A stretch of 42,478 nt of DNA from Guillardia theta CCMP2712 (GCF_000315625.1 NW_005434611.1:382046-424523); one strand, 5' to 3'. Shown: positions 11,232 to 29,555, counted from the stretch's first letter. Program-made: numbers and translations. Notes: generated from the sequence alone by a model not told the origin.

Positions 11232-13858
11232 CTACGCGTGTCTGCCATACAGCTTGGGGTACATGGTCACCGTCAACATCTTGATCGCCTCCACGCACTT
11301 GCGCCATGCGGCCGCCCACCTGGAAGCAGTGAGGGAGAGAAGAAGGAGAGGCACGTCACATGGGGAGCTGCTTCTTCTTGGAGACAGACAAAGCCTTGTC
11401 CATCGAGCTAAATAGAATCATCACCTGACCGCACGCTGTCAACGACCTCCACTCCTCCTCCTCCTCCTCCTCCTCCCAATTCACTGACTTGTTCGAGAGA
11501 CATATCTGCTTGGTCGAGGGGTTGCAGGACCTGCAAGCTTATGAGTCAGCGATACCAGAAGGAGGAGCGAGGGCAAGGAGGAGGAGGAAGGAAGAGGAGG
11601 AGGAGCGAGGGAGGCAAAAGGGGGGAAGGGGGAAGGAGGAGGACACGGGAGGGGAACCGGAGGAGGGGGACGAGGAGGAGAAGGGGAGGGGGACGAGAAG
11701 GAGCGAGAAGGAGAAGGTTGAGGGGAAAGAGAGGAAGAACAGAGGTCGGGGAGAGGAGGAGAAAGAGAGGAGGAGGGGGGAGGGAGGAGGAGAAGAGGGT
11801 GGGGGAGGGGGAGGAGGAGCGAGCCTTGTCGTTGAGGTCCACGAAAAGATCGCGAACTTCTCGCCATTCCTGGACACTTGATCACGTCGAGGGTCAAGGA
11901 GGTAGCCGCACTCACTTGCAGACCAGAGCCGATCTGAGCGATCGCCTTCATGATGCTGTTGAAGTTGGACTCCAACGCAGCCTATGCCCTCACACCTCAC
12001 AACTTTCTCCAGCTGCTCCCCACCAATCCTCCCATCCCCGTCCTCACCTCGTCAGCCTCCCTCTCCTTCTCTCCTCTCCTTCTCTCATCTCCTTCTCTCA
12101 TCTCCTCTCTTTCCCCGCAGCATCTCCTCTCACCATCATCTTTCTGGTCGTCTGCATGTGATGAGACCCGGTGCCGGTCCCGAGATGGATGCTTCCTCCT
12201 CCCCCTCCGCCTGACCAGGCGCCATCCAAGTCTGCGATAGTGCTCTGGCACATGACCGTAACTTGGAGGGGAGGAGCAGGAGGAGGACAGGAAAACCTTG
12301 AAGGAGGAGAGGATGTGCTTCCTAATGTCCGAGAACGTCTCCTTGTCCAGCAGAGCCTCCTTGGCTTGTCGCATCTGCCAGCTGGGCATCAGCAGGAGGC
12401 TCTTCATCGACTCCCCACCTGGTCGGTGAAGTGAAGGTCCAGCTCCTGACACAGACGTCAGCGAGCTAGTCAAGCGACGTGAAGGCCCACCAGCGACTTC
12501 TCGCTCCCCCACATCGCCATCACAACCCCCGAGAGAGAGTTCCACTCGCTGCATGCCCGCAAGTCAACCAAGGCAGAAGAAGATGACAAGTTGTTGAACT
12601 TGAAGTCAAGGAGGTTCAGACGCGACTTGAACGTCTCGATCTTGTTGAAACATAAGAAGATCTGAAGGCGGTCACTTGAGCTCCTACAGCTTGAGATAGA
12701 TGGATACCATGTGAAGGTACTGTGAAGCAAGTTCCATGGGAAGGCAAAAATCCTCCTGAAGCAGCTGGTGTGAGGGTTGACGGAGCTTTCAAGCAGAAAC
12801 CACCTGAATCATCTCCAGGATGGTCTTGGTGAGTAACCTTAAGAGCATCTCACAAGCAAGCGCAGCCATGCCCTCCATCACCTCCCTGACGCCCTCACAG
12901 CTTGAATCTCCTACACCACCTCGTGACATCCCGACTTCAACCCTCCACCCGCAACTCACCGTCTCCACGTGTTTCATGATTCTTTTGGTATTGTTGAATT
13001 GTCTCCTCACCGACCGAACCTCCTCGACTATCATCTCCATCGCCTCCTCCTCCCTCTGCCTTACCTGCACTCTCAACATCTCCGAGTTGTCCTCCACTTC
13101 CCTGCCGTCTCCCTGGCAAGTATGCTTCAGCTCGACCCTGGTGAGATTGCTCCCCTGCCTTGCTCAGAGCCTTTCCCAGCAACTCTCTCATCACAGTTTC
13201 GTCAAAGCTGGAAGCAAGTCAGGACAAGGAAGCGCTATGACTCGCGGCACCTGTAGTACTCTTGTATCATGAACGTCACGTCCCCTGAGCATCTGAGTCA
13301 GCCACTCGCGGGGGATCAGCGACCGTAAGGTTGCCTGGGTACAAGGTGTACAAGGATTGCGTCTAGAAGCAAGAGGTGATCAACACAGAGGAGACCGCAG
13401 ACCTAGATCTGTCTGTACCTGGAAGAGAGGAGGAGAGTTGAGCATCGGAGTCAGCCACTCGTAAAGCTGGAATTGCTCATTGCATTCCTGCCTGCTCGAG
13501 CGTGAGCGAACTAGTCAACGACACTTGTCATCGACTACCTGTTGATCCGTCGAGCAACGTTGATGCGCGAGTCATGCGGGTCCACTATGTTCATGTTGGT
13601 CAGGATGTTCTTCAAGAAGGCCTCTTTGTATCGAGCTGCTTCAGCTGCTGTATGCCCGCGAATCCAAACCTGATGAAGGAGGGAGAGCAGTGAGGAAGCG
13701 AGTCGAACAGCGAGAGGATGACTTGCCTTGAAGGCTGCCTCATCTATCTTGATCTTGTCAGTCACGAAGCACTCAAGCACCGTCTCTACTCCCGGGATCT
13801 CAGCCATCGCTACTTTCAAGTCGGTGCCAACCCACTGGCAAAGAGCTGGAGCTGACAA
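11232..13858 (-). CDS. Hypothetical helical protein, multi-exon; start uncertain
   Basis: Protein-like segments bounded by GT/AG: AEIPGVETVLECFVTDKIKIDEAAFK; RYKEAFLKNILTNM; MEMIVEEVRSVRRQFNNTKRIMKHVET; LLDKETFSDIRKHILSSFK; NFNSIMKAIAQIGSGLQ; WRKCVEAIKMLTVTMYPKLYGRHA*. No family recognised. Confidence 0.5.
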
Positions 13859-13877
13859 AGCGAAGACAAGCCGAGGC

Positions 13878-14250
13878 GATGAGAGGTGTGTCTACAACAG
13901 ATGATAGATGAGAAATGAGAAATGAGAGGTGTGTCTAGAACAGATGATAGATGATAGATGAGAAATGAGAGGTGTGTCTACAACAGATGATAGATGATAG
14001 ATGATAGATGAGAGGTGTGTCTAGAACAGATGATAGATGATAGATGATAGATGAGAGGTGTGTCTACAACAGATGATAGATGATAGATGAGAAATGAGAG
14101 GTGTGTCTAGAACAGATGATAGATGATAGATGATAGATGAGAGGTATGTCTACAACAGATGATAGATGATAGATGAGAGATGAGAGGTGTGTCTAGAACA
14201 GATGATAGATGATAGATGATAGATGAGAGGTATGTCTACAACAGATGAGA
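13878..14250. repeat. Compound minisatellite: 9 x GAGAGGT(G/A)TGTCTA(C/G)AACA separated by variable (GATGATA)n/GAGAAAT
   Basis: Units read directly. The C and G variants alternate. Confidence 0.95.
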
Positions 14251-14419
14251 GTTTTCTTTTCCCTGCCTTCCATTTCGCTCGTTCATCTTTCTCCTTGATC
14301 TTTTAGTTAAGTGGAGACAAGCAAGGAGCGAGCTAGCCTAGTAGGCAGGAAAGGAAAAGCATGAGTCCGCCTCGGCAAGAGACTAAAAGAAAGATTGTGG
14401 CAGCGAAACTCGGAAAACG

Positions 14420-14466
14420 CCCGCGGCCGCCGGGCCGGCCCGGGCCGGCCCGGGCCGGCCCGGCCT
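14420..14466. promoter_or_regulatory. GC-rich palindromic (CCGGGCCGGC)n box, possible promoter island
   Basis: gccgggccggcccgggccggcccgggccggcccggcc lies upstream of a minus-strand gene. Similar boxes occur at 28830, 35850-36065 and 41820-42260. Function is inferred only. Confidence 0.35.
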
Positions 14467-14604
14467 TCGACTCTCAGCCTTCGACGGGTCCGATAAGATT
14501 ACTCAAAGTTAACTGATAGTCCCCGGTAGTATTTTATTTAAGCATTTTATATAGTACTCTCCCAGCTGGAAACATTTCGGAAGTTTGAAACTCGGAGTGA
14601 CCAG

Positions 14605-15058
14605 TCGACACCACTAGCCTGATCCAGGCGCCGTGATCAAGCGCTACAGCTCCCTTGTTCCTGCTTGTTTTGCTTGAGGCACTTTTTACCTTCTGCCAGT
14701 AAATCTTCTCTACCCCTCTCTAGTAATCCTGCAGCTTTCAAGCTCTACTGCAAACACATACTCCAAGGCCCGGGTCCTCTCCAAGGGGTCCTCTCCAAGG
14801 GAGCTCATAAACCTGGTCTCCGGCCCACCGTTATCGGGTCCGCACACCGTCGACTCGCGACGAAGCTTGCTTTGGCAGCGATTCGCTCATTTCTTGACCA
14901 GCACTTCAACCCGGCGTCTGCGCTCCTGCCTCGACAAAGTGGCAACCCGAGGACGAGCTCGCGGTGATGAGGAGGACGTCGCGAACCCCACAGTGCTGGT
15001 GAGTTTGGATGCAAAGAACGCCTTCAACTCCCTCGACCGCCCGGCCAGGCTCTCTTCG
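14605..15058 (+). pseudogene. Degenerate, internally deleted RT fragment interrupted by a 3'-tip insert (about 14654-14705)
   Basis: Matches 20211-20740 with deletions (tcgacaccactagcctgatccaggcg ... LVSLDAKNAFNSLDR). Confidence 0.85.
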
Positions 15059-15074
15059 GCGGCGGGTCTGCTGA

Positions 15075-16225
15075 CAGTTGCCAGCAGTGCTGGTTACTTT
15101 TGGTCTTGTATTTTTGTGTGTGTTTGTGCCGCTTAGCTTCTCGCTGTGCGCTGTGTGCATGCGGCTGCTGAATGTTTACTCGCAGAAGGTAAAACTTGTG
15201 CCTCAAGCAAACGAAAGCACCAGCTATGAGGAGTTTTACTCGCATAAGGGAAAAAGTGCCTCAAGCAAAAGAAAGCATGAACAAGCTAACACCAGCGGAA
15301 TAGAGTTTAACACCATGCAGGTTTAGCTTGTTCCTGCTTTGTTTTGCTTAAGGCACTTTTTACCTTCTGCGAGTAAACATCGAAGCCTGAGTCATGTGAG
15401 TTTTACTCGCAGAAGGTAAAAAGTGCCTCAAGCAAAAGATTATATAGGATTTACTGGCAGAAGGTAAAAAAGTGCCTCAAGCAAAACAAAGCAGGAACAA
15501 GCTGAACCGTGGGAGACGGATTTACTGGCAGAAGGTAAAAAGTGCCTCAAGCAAAACAAAGCAGGAACAAGCTAAACCTGCTTGCACACAGCGCACAGCG
15601 AGAAGCTGCACAAACACACACAAAACACAAGCCCGAAAAGAACCAGCACTGCTGGCTCTTGTGTCCAGCCTCCCTCCGTCCGCTGCCCCAGGCGCCGACC
15701 CCCGGGCAACGCCGCCGCTCCTTGTCGGCGGCTGCCCTTTCTCCGTCCGCGGCCGCCCGCTTTGTGGCGGCAGCGGACGTCTCGACTGACAGTGGTCAGT
15801 CGGCTGCCTCCGGGTATCGCGTCTAAGGGATTTTATTCCTCCTGCTTGCTCCTGCTGCTTGTTGCTTGATTGCTTGACCCTTAGGCTGCTTGTCTGCGCG
15901 GCTTCGCGCTTGGGCTGGCGCTGCCGCGTCTGGAAGCCCATGATGGATTTACTGGCAGAAGGTAAAAAGTGCCTCAAGCAAAACAAAGAAGGAACAAGCT
16001 AAACCTCCTGGCACACAGCGCACAGCGAGAAGCTGCACAATCACACACAAAACACAAGCCCGAAAAGAACCAGCACTGCTGCGGACGTCCGATCTCGACT
16101 GACAGTGGTCAGTCGGCTGCCTCCGGGTATCGCGTCTAAGGGATTTTATTCCTCCTGCATGCTCCCGGTGCTGCTTGTTGCTTGATTGCTTGACCCTTAG
16201 GCTGCTTGTCTGCGCGGCTTCGCGC
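15075..16225. mobile_element. Stack of short 5'-truncated 3' ends and C-terminal fragments in both orientations
   Basis: Repeated tttact(gg/cg)cagaaggtaaaaagtgcctcaagcaaaa at about 15175, 15235, 15403, 15450, 15521 and 15948, with the reverse complement at about 15358. Plus-strand SGYRV*-UTR pieces at 15660-15932 and 16081-16225. Confidence 0.9.
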
Positions 16226-22464
<6,239 letters not shown>

Positions 22465-22564
22465 NNNNNNNNNNNNNNNNNNNNNNNNNNNNNNNNNNNN
22501 NNNNNNNNNNNNNNNNNNNNNNNNNNNNNNNNNNNNNNNNNNNNNNNNNNNNNNNNNNNNNNNN
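22465..22564. other. Assembly gap (100 N)
   Basis: N run inside the retroelement cluster. Confidence 1.
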
Positions 22565-23762
22565 GCGTCTGGGTGCCAGCAGTGCTGATTCTTTTCGGGC
22601 TTGTGTTTTGTGTGTGTTTGTGCAGCTTCTCGCTGTGGACTGTGTGCCTGCCGGTTCAGCTTGTTCATGCTTTGTTTTGCTTGAGGCACTTTTTACCTTC
22701 TGCCAGTAAATCCTATACCCCTCCATGCCGCACTTTTTACCTTCTGCCAGTAAATCCTATAGCAGCATGTTGCAGCGTCTGAGAAGATTCGCAAACATCG
22801 CGCTGCATATGCCATGACTACTCCTCCTCGAGCGTTCATCCCTCTTGCCATCTCGACGGACGGTATAGGATTTACTGGCAGAAGGTAAAACGGTACCCTG
22901 CATCCTGACACCCTCCGCTTCATCTGGTATCTCGCGGACATCATTGCTCAGCGCTCAATGCCTCTTGAGGATGCGGCGTTTGGTCGGCACTTCGTGCCTG
23001 ATGACGGACCTGCTGCTGAGGTCTTGGCTCGCAAACGCGCCGCCACCTATCAGCGCCTCACCATGCAGCTGACGCTGGAGGCGCTCTTGTCTGGTGCGAG
23101 GCGCATGACGCCCTTGCGGGCGCAAGCACTTCTCGAGCCAGAGGACAGCTCCTCCTCGGACTTTGTCGAGTCGCCCGAGGAGTCTTCGCCGGAGGTCTCC
23201 GACTCCGATGGGGGACACCCTTCGAGTGGCCCCGACGATCGGCGCGGAGCTGGCGAGGCGTCTCCGTCCCTCACTGTGACGTCGGGTGCCTCCGGAGAGC
23301 TCGACACCACTGGGGTGCTTGCTGCTGGTCCGAGCTCGCCTGCTTCCTCCCCGGCATCGGTCGGGTCACGCCGGTCCTTGGGCATTGCCGCGGCGTCGCC
23401 GCCGTCACGGGCGGCTACCACTGACTTGGCTACCGCTGACTCGGAGGCTAGCGAGGAGGACTACCTCGAGCGGTACCGTGTTCCTGCGTCCAGCCTCCCT
23501 CCGTCCGCTGCCCCAGGCGGACCCCCGGGCAACGCCGGCTCCTTGTCGGCGGCTGCCCTTTCTCCGTCCGCGGCCGCCCGCTTTGTGGCGGCAGCGGACG
23601 TCTCGACTGACAGTGGTCAGTCGGCTGCCTCCGGGTATCGCGTCTAAGGGATTTTCTTCCTCCTGCTTGCTCCTGCTGCTTGTTGCTTGATTGCTTGACC
23701 CTTAGGCTGCTTGTCGGTACGGTCTGCGCGGCTTCGCGCTTGGGCTGGCGCTGCCGCGTCTG
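22565..23762 (+). mobile_element. Two 3' ends (22565-22717, 22728-22765) plus an RLE/tail/partial-UTR segment carrying a 25-nt antisense tip insert
   Basis: Matches the reverse complement of 16411-17490. SGYRV* at 23647. The UTR breaks at GCGTCTG (23762). Confidence 0.9.
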
Positions 23763-23765
23763 AAG

Positions 23766-26638
23766 TATAGGATTTACTGGCAGAAGATAAAAAGTGCCTC
23801 AAGCAAAACAAAGAAGGAACAAGCTGAACCGGCAGGCACACAGTCCACAGCGAGAAGCTGCACAATCACACACAAAACACAAGCCCGAAAAGAACCAGCA
23901 CTGCTGGCACCCAGACGCGGCAGCGCCAGCCCAAGCGCGAAGCCGCGCAGACAAGCAGCCTAAGGGTCAAGCAATCAAGCAACAAGCAGCAGGAGCATGC
24001 AGGAGGAAGAAAATCCCTTAGACGCGATACCCGGAGGCAGCCGACTGACCACTGTCAGTCGAGACGTCCGCTGCCGCCACAAAGCGGGCGGCCGCGGACG
24101 GAGAAAGGGCAGCCGCCGACAAGGAGCCGGCGCTGCCCGGGTGTCCGCCTGGGGCAGCGGACGGAGGGAGGCTGGACACATGAACACGGTACCGCTCGAG
24201 GTAGTCCTCCTCGCTAGCCTCCGAGTCAGCGGTAGCCAAGTCAGTGGTAGCCGCCCGTGACAGCGGCGACGCCGCGGCAATGCCCAAGGACCGGCGTGAC
24301 CCGACCGATGCCGGGGAGGAAGCAGGCGAGCTCGGACCAGCAGCAAGCACCCCAGTGGTGTCGAGCTCTCCGGAGGCACCCGACGTCACAGTGAGGGACG
24401 GAGACGACGGAGACGCCTCGCCAGCTCCGCGCCGATCGTCGGGGCCACTCGAAGGGTGTCCCCCATCGGAGTCGGAGACTCCTCGGGCGACTCGACAAAG
24501 TCCGAGGAGGAGCTGTCCTCTGGCTCGAGAAGTGCTTGCGCCCGCAAGGGCGTCATGCCCGCAAGGGCGTCATGCGCCTCGCACCAGACAAGAGCGCTTC
24601 CAGCGTCAGCTGCATGGTGAGGCGCTGATAGGACCTCAGCAGCAGGGCCGTCATCAGGCACAAAGTGCCGACCAAACGCCGCATCCTCAAGAGGCATTGA
24701 GCGCTGAGCAATGATGTCCGCGAGATACCAGATGAAGCGGAGGGTGTCAGGATGCAGGGTACCGTCCGTCGAGATGGCAAGAGGGATGAACGCTCGAGGA
24801 GGAGTAGTCATGGCATATGCAGCGCGATGTTTGCGAATCTTCTCAGACGCTGCAAGGTTGACCTCCCCCCACTTGGTCAGGTCGGCAGAGCTACCAATGT
24901 AAGGTATAGGATGTAAGGGTGGACCAACGTCACGTCCGCCATCAAGCCCTCGTACTGCTCGGACCCTCGATCGCGGATTCCAGGAATGTGGATATCGCCC
25001 TTCATCTTGCGGCCATGAGGATGGGAGGGTACCTGCCGTCGAGAACGAGGATCCCCCACTGTATCGATGACGCTCTGAAGACCAGCTTCGTTCAGCATCG
25101 ACCGAATCGTACGAGTAAGGTTGTCATGCGCCGTGGGAAGCTTGGAGGATCGGCGTTTGCAGGTCTGGAGATGATGTGCAGCAACGGAGGGATCGAGCTC
25201 GCGCTGACATCCATCACATTTCGTCGGACACTGGCAGATCGGCATGCCATGGAGATAGCAGTCGAGCATCTGAGCATAGCGGTGCGGGAAGGCCTTGAGG
25301 GGGTAGTAGCTCGAGACTCGCATCGGAGAGTGGCTCAGGTCTCGCTCAGGAAAATGAGCGAAGATGGTAGACTGCAAGACCCTATCCTGCGACTTGAGCG
25401 AGTGTGTCCTGCGGCTGTGCAAGGTGAGGATATCACGCTGCTGATCGGTCAGCGCAGCGCGAGCATGCACATGGCGAGGGAAGACGCGCATGACAAGAGG
25501 AGTCACATTTCGCTGCGCAGGGGGAGGAATGAAGTGCTCATGAGACGAGTCGACGAGAGCGCGCAAACCAGGGATGTGTACCACAGATGCCGGGGGGCGT
25601 CCTGCGTCATCAGGCACAGCAGCCGGGGCAGGTGGGATCGCCGCGCCATCTGCAGCCGGTGCAGGAGCCTTGACACGACGGTAGAGGATCGCTCCAGCAT
25701 TATGAACGAAGTCGTGCGCCTCAACGAAGAAGGTCGCCAGAGGATGCTTCTGGGCACGGAGAGATCTCGAGCAGTGAACGTCCAGGCTATGAGGAGAGGG
25801 CAAGGTCCGGGACATGGGCTGGTCAGAGTACCAAGCGAGGAAGCGAGCGATAGCCGTATAGTAAACAGCGGGGTGTAGACCCTCAGAGGGCGTGAACTCG
25901 TCCCCTCCCCGACTATGCGGAAGCTCCCGCTTGAACCTCGCAAACTCTAGCAGGTCGGGATGCGCGGCGAGGTACTGCGAGGAAGGCCAGCGGTGGTATT
26001 TCTCAAGCGCCAGGTGGACAGAGAGGTCAAAGCGACGAATCTGTGATTGGACCCGCGGGAGAAACGGAGAAGACCCCTGGAGGAAGAAGCGCAGCTTCTG
26101 GAGATGGCTCGCCCTCACCAGCGTCTTGAACATGAAGCCATGCTGGACGAGCCCGAGCTTCGAGAGCTCTTCGTTGAGGGTAGAAACCTTCGCTCGGAGC
26201 TGACTAGCATGAAATCCATCCGTGCCGATAGGCAGGCCGCCAAGTGTAATCCCGCCAGTGACGACCTCGAAGTGAAGAAGTTGAGTCTTGAGACGGCGCT
26301 TAAGGCTCTTCTTCAGCTGCGAGAGATCAGGGTGTTGATGCCAGGAGCTTGTGTTTTGTGTGTGTTTGTGCAGCTTCTCTCTAGCTTCAGATCAGCTAAC
26401 ATGTACTTCTTCATAGCGGACGTAGCTGCAACGGCATCCTCGAGTGGACCGACAAGCACGACGTTGTCAGCATAGGCCAAGACTCGAACAGAGGGAAAAG
26501 CTCTGCGATATGGAGGAGCAGGGGGTGGATACTGTGGCAGAAAAATACGCTGGAGGGGACATCGCCCTGACAGACGCCCGAGGTACACTGAACGGAGGCT
26601 GACTGACTTTTGTGAAAGAGTCGAAGGTCAGCAGAGTC
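23766..26638 (-). mobile_element. 5'-truncated copy with a complete 3'UTR and several small indels and inserts
   Basis: Starts on the + strand with tataggatttactggcagaag. Full UTR 23766-24017, then tail, RLE, CCHC and RT thumb through YADN (about 26470). Confidence 0.92.
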
Positions 26639-28800
26639 TGTCTAAGGGATTTTATTCCTCCTGCATGCTCCTGCTGCTTGTTAATCCTATGACTGCTCGG
26701 ACCCTCGATCGCGGATGCCAGGGATGTGGATATCGCCCTTCATCTTTCGGCCATGAGGATGGGAGGGTACCTGCCGTCGAGAACGAGGATCCCCCACTGT
26801 ATCGATGACGCTCTGAAGACCAGCTTCGTTCAGCATCGACCGAATCGTACGAGTAAGGTTGTCATGCGCCGTGGGAAGCTTGGAGGATCGGCGTTTGCAG
26901 GTCTGGAGATGATGTGCAGCAACGGAGGGATCGAGCTCGCGCTGACATCCATCACATTTCGTCGGACACTGGCAGATCGGCATGCCATGGCTGAGATAGC
27001 AGTCGAGCATCTGAGCATAGCGGTGCGGGAAGGCCTTGAGGGGGTAGTAGCTCGAGACTCGCATCGGAGAGTGGCTCAGGTCACGCTCAGGAAAATGAGC
27101 GAAGATGGTAGACGCGAAGCCGCGCAGACAAGCAGCCGAAGGGTCAAGCAATCAAGCAACAAGCAGCAGGAGCATGCAGGAGGAAGAAAATCCCTTAGAC
27201 GCGATACCCGGAGGCAGCCGACTGACCACTGTCAGTCGAGACGTCCGCTGCAGTGCTGGTTCTTTTCGGGCTTGTGTTTTGTGTGTCTCGCTGTGCGCTG
27301 TGTGCCAGGAGGTTTAGCTTGTTCCTGCTTTGTTTTGCTTGAGGCACTTTTTACCTTCCTGGCACCAACACCCTGATCTCTCGCAGCTGAAGAAGAGCCT
27401 TAAGCGCCGTCTCAAGACTCAGCTTCTTCACTGACAGTGGTCAGTCGGATGCCTCCGGGTATCGCGTCTAAGGGGGTTTCATTTCGGACGTCCCCTCCTG
27501 CTGCTCAGCTGTTACCCCTCCTACAGACTGTTGCTTGACCCTCCCTGCTTGTCTGCGCGGCTTCGCGCGTACTACGGTAGGCTGGCTGTGCCGGATCTGC
27601 CAGCCTCGGCGTGCTGGTTACTTTTGGTCTTGTTTTGTGTGTGTGTTTGTGCAGCTTCTCGCTGTGCGCTGTGTGCATGCAGGTTTAGCTTGTTCCTGCT
27701 TGTTTTGCTTGAGGCACTTTTTACCTTCTGCGAGTAAACATTCCGATTCGAGTCACTTTAAGGTCGTGACTGTCGGGATTACACTTGGAGGCCTGCCCAT
27801 CGGCACCTACTGAGGTTTGCTCGCAGAAGGTAAAAAGTGTCTTTTTTAAGCAGAAGAAAGCAGCACCGATGGTTTTCATGCCAGTCAACTCCGAGCGGAG
27901 GTCTCCACTCTCAACGAAGAGCTCTCGGCACTGCGGCACTGTTTACCGTCTTATGCGAGTAAAACTCAGATAGGCCCGCGCTTCATCTGGTATCTGGCGG
28001 ACATCATCGCTCACGGCGCTCGTTGCCTCACTTCGTTCCTGATGATGGACCTGCTGCTGAGGTCTTGGCTCGCAAACCGCGGCACGGCCACCTAAGTGTG
28101 TGCTCTATGCCTGACGGTTTTGCTTGTTGCTGCTTTCTTCTGCTTGAGGCACTTTCAAGCCTTCTGCCAGTAAATCTTCCTGCTTGCGTAAAACTCTTGC
28201 GACTCCATGCAGCTGACGCTAGAGGCGCTCCAGGGCAGTGCTGAGTTTTACTCGCATAAGGTAAAAAGTGCCGTCTGGTGCGAGGCGCATGACTCCCTTG
28301 CGCGCGCAAGCGCTCCGAGGCTCGAGCCAGAGGACATCTGAGTTTTACTCGCACATGATAAGTTAGAAAAAGCTTCAATCCTGCGGCGGGCCGGGAAGCC
28401 ACCGTGATACCGGCACAGCAGGGGACCCGGTCGGACGTCCGAGCGTGTGACGCCCTCCCGGCGAGTCTGGACATCATGACATGAGAAGCACAGCAACATC
28501 CGATCATGATCGGATAAGGAGAGGCGACGGCGTCGGCTGCAAGCAAGACATATGGGAAACTCAGAGTTTTACTCGCATAAGGTAGAAAGTGCCTAAAGCA
28601 GAAGAAAGCAGCAACAAGCAGCAACAAAAGGGGCCCGGCGCGGGCGTTTGCAACACAGCAAACGTCACGGCGTGCCAAAAAAAAAAAAGCGGCGCAAACA
28701 CACAATACACAGAGTCTGAACGACTACAACATGCACATGAGTCACTGTGGAGCACTTTGACGCCACTGAATAACTTAACTGTCACTCAAGGGCGTCATGT
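26639..28800. mobile_element. Scrambled, progressively more diverged fragments and subfamily-B 3' tips
   Basis: CCHC/RLE piece at 26691-27112 (-), UTR pieces, and gagttttactcgca(t/g)aaggtaaaa-like tips at about 27720(+), 27816, 27942(+), 28247, 28344 and 28568. Confidence 0.8.
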
Positions 28801-29318
28801 ACTACGCGATCCTCAGTGCCACTGAGTACGGTCCCGGCGGGCCGGGCCCGGGCCGGGGTTCAACGTTTCTTGGCTTAGGATGGGAGGGCCTGCTGGGCTC
28901 AGAATGGTCTGGAGGGGGGTGGGGTACCCCCTAATACCTCTCGGGCCTTATCTTCAGTTGGGATTTGGGGTAGGGTGGGGTAGGTTGCATAAAAGGACCC
29001 TCATACCCCCTGGAAATCCTTGCAATGTGTGACTTGTAAGGGGGTGGGTCTTGTTGATTCAAATATTGTCCTAGTGACATTGCCTTGTTACCACCCGTTT
29101 TGTGTGTTTGTGTGTACCCCTTCTCTTGTGCGCCGTTTGTCTCTGCACCCCTACTTGACAGCAGCAACACATAGAGATACAGACGGTGGGGGTACTCACC
29201 CCAAACCCTCGACCACCCCACCTCCATGGGGTACTACGGTGAAGTTGGTGCCTTCTTCCTTTTCTTCTATGCGTTGCTCCTTCTCCTTCCTCCACTGCGT
29301 CCCCCCAGCCCGGACTTG

Positions 29319-29555
29319 ACTCCTCCTCCTCCTCCTCCTCCTCCTCCTCCTCCTCCTCCTCCTCCTCCTCCTCCTCCTCCTCCTCCTCCTGTCTCCTCCT
29401 GTCTCTTCCTCCTCCTCCTCCTTCTGCTGCTGCTGTGCCTCCTGTCTCCTCCTGTCTCCTCCTGTCTCCTCCTGTCTCCTCCTCCTGTCTCCTCCTTCTC
29501 CTCCTCCTTCTGCTGCTGCTGTGCCTCCTGTCTCCTCCTGTGCCTCCTGCCTCCT
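29319..29555. repeat. (CCT)n and CCTGTCT-type simple repeats
   Basis: Read directly. Confidence 0.9.

Noticed and set aside
13878-14250. CRISPR-like repeat-spacer appearance
   Set aside because: The spacers are only GATGATA/GAGAAAT runs, not unique sequences. There are no cas genes and the context is eukaryotic.
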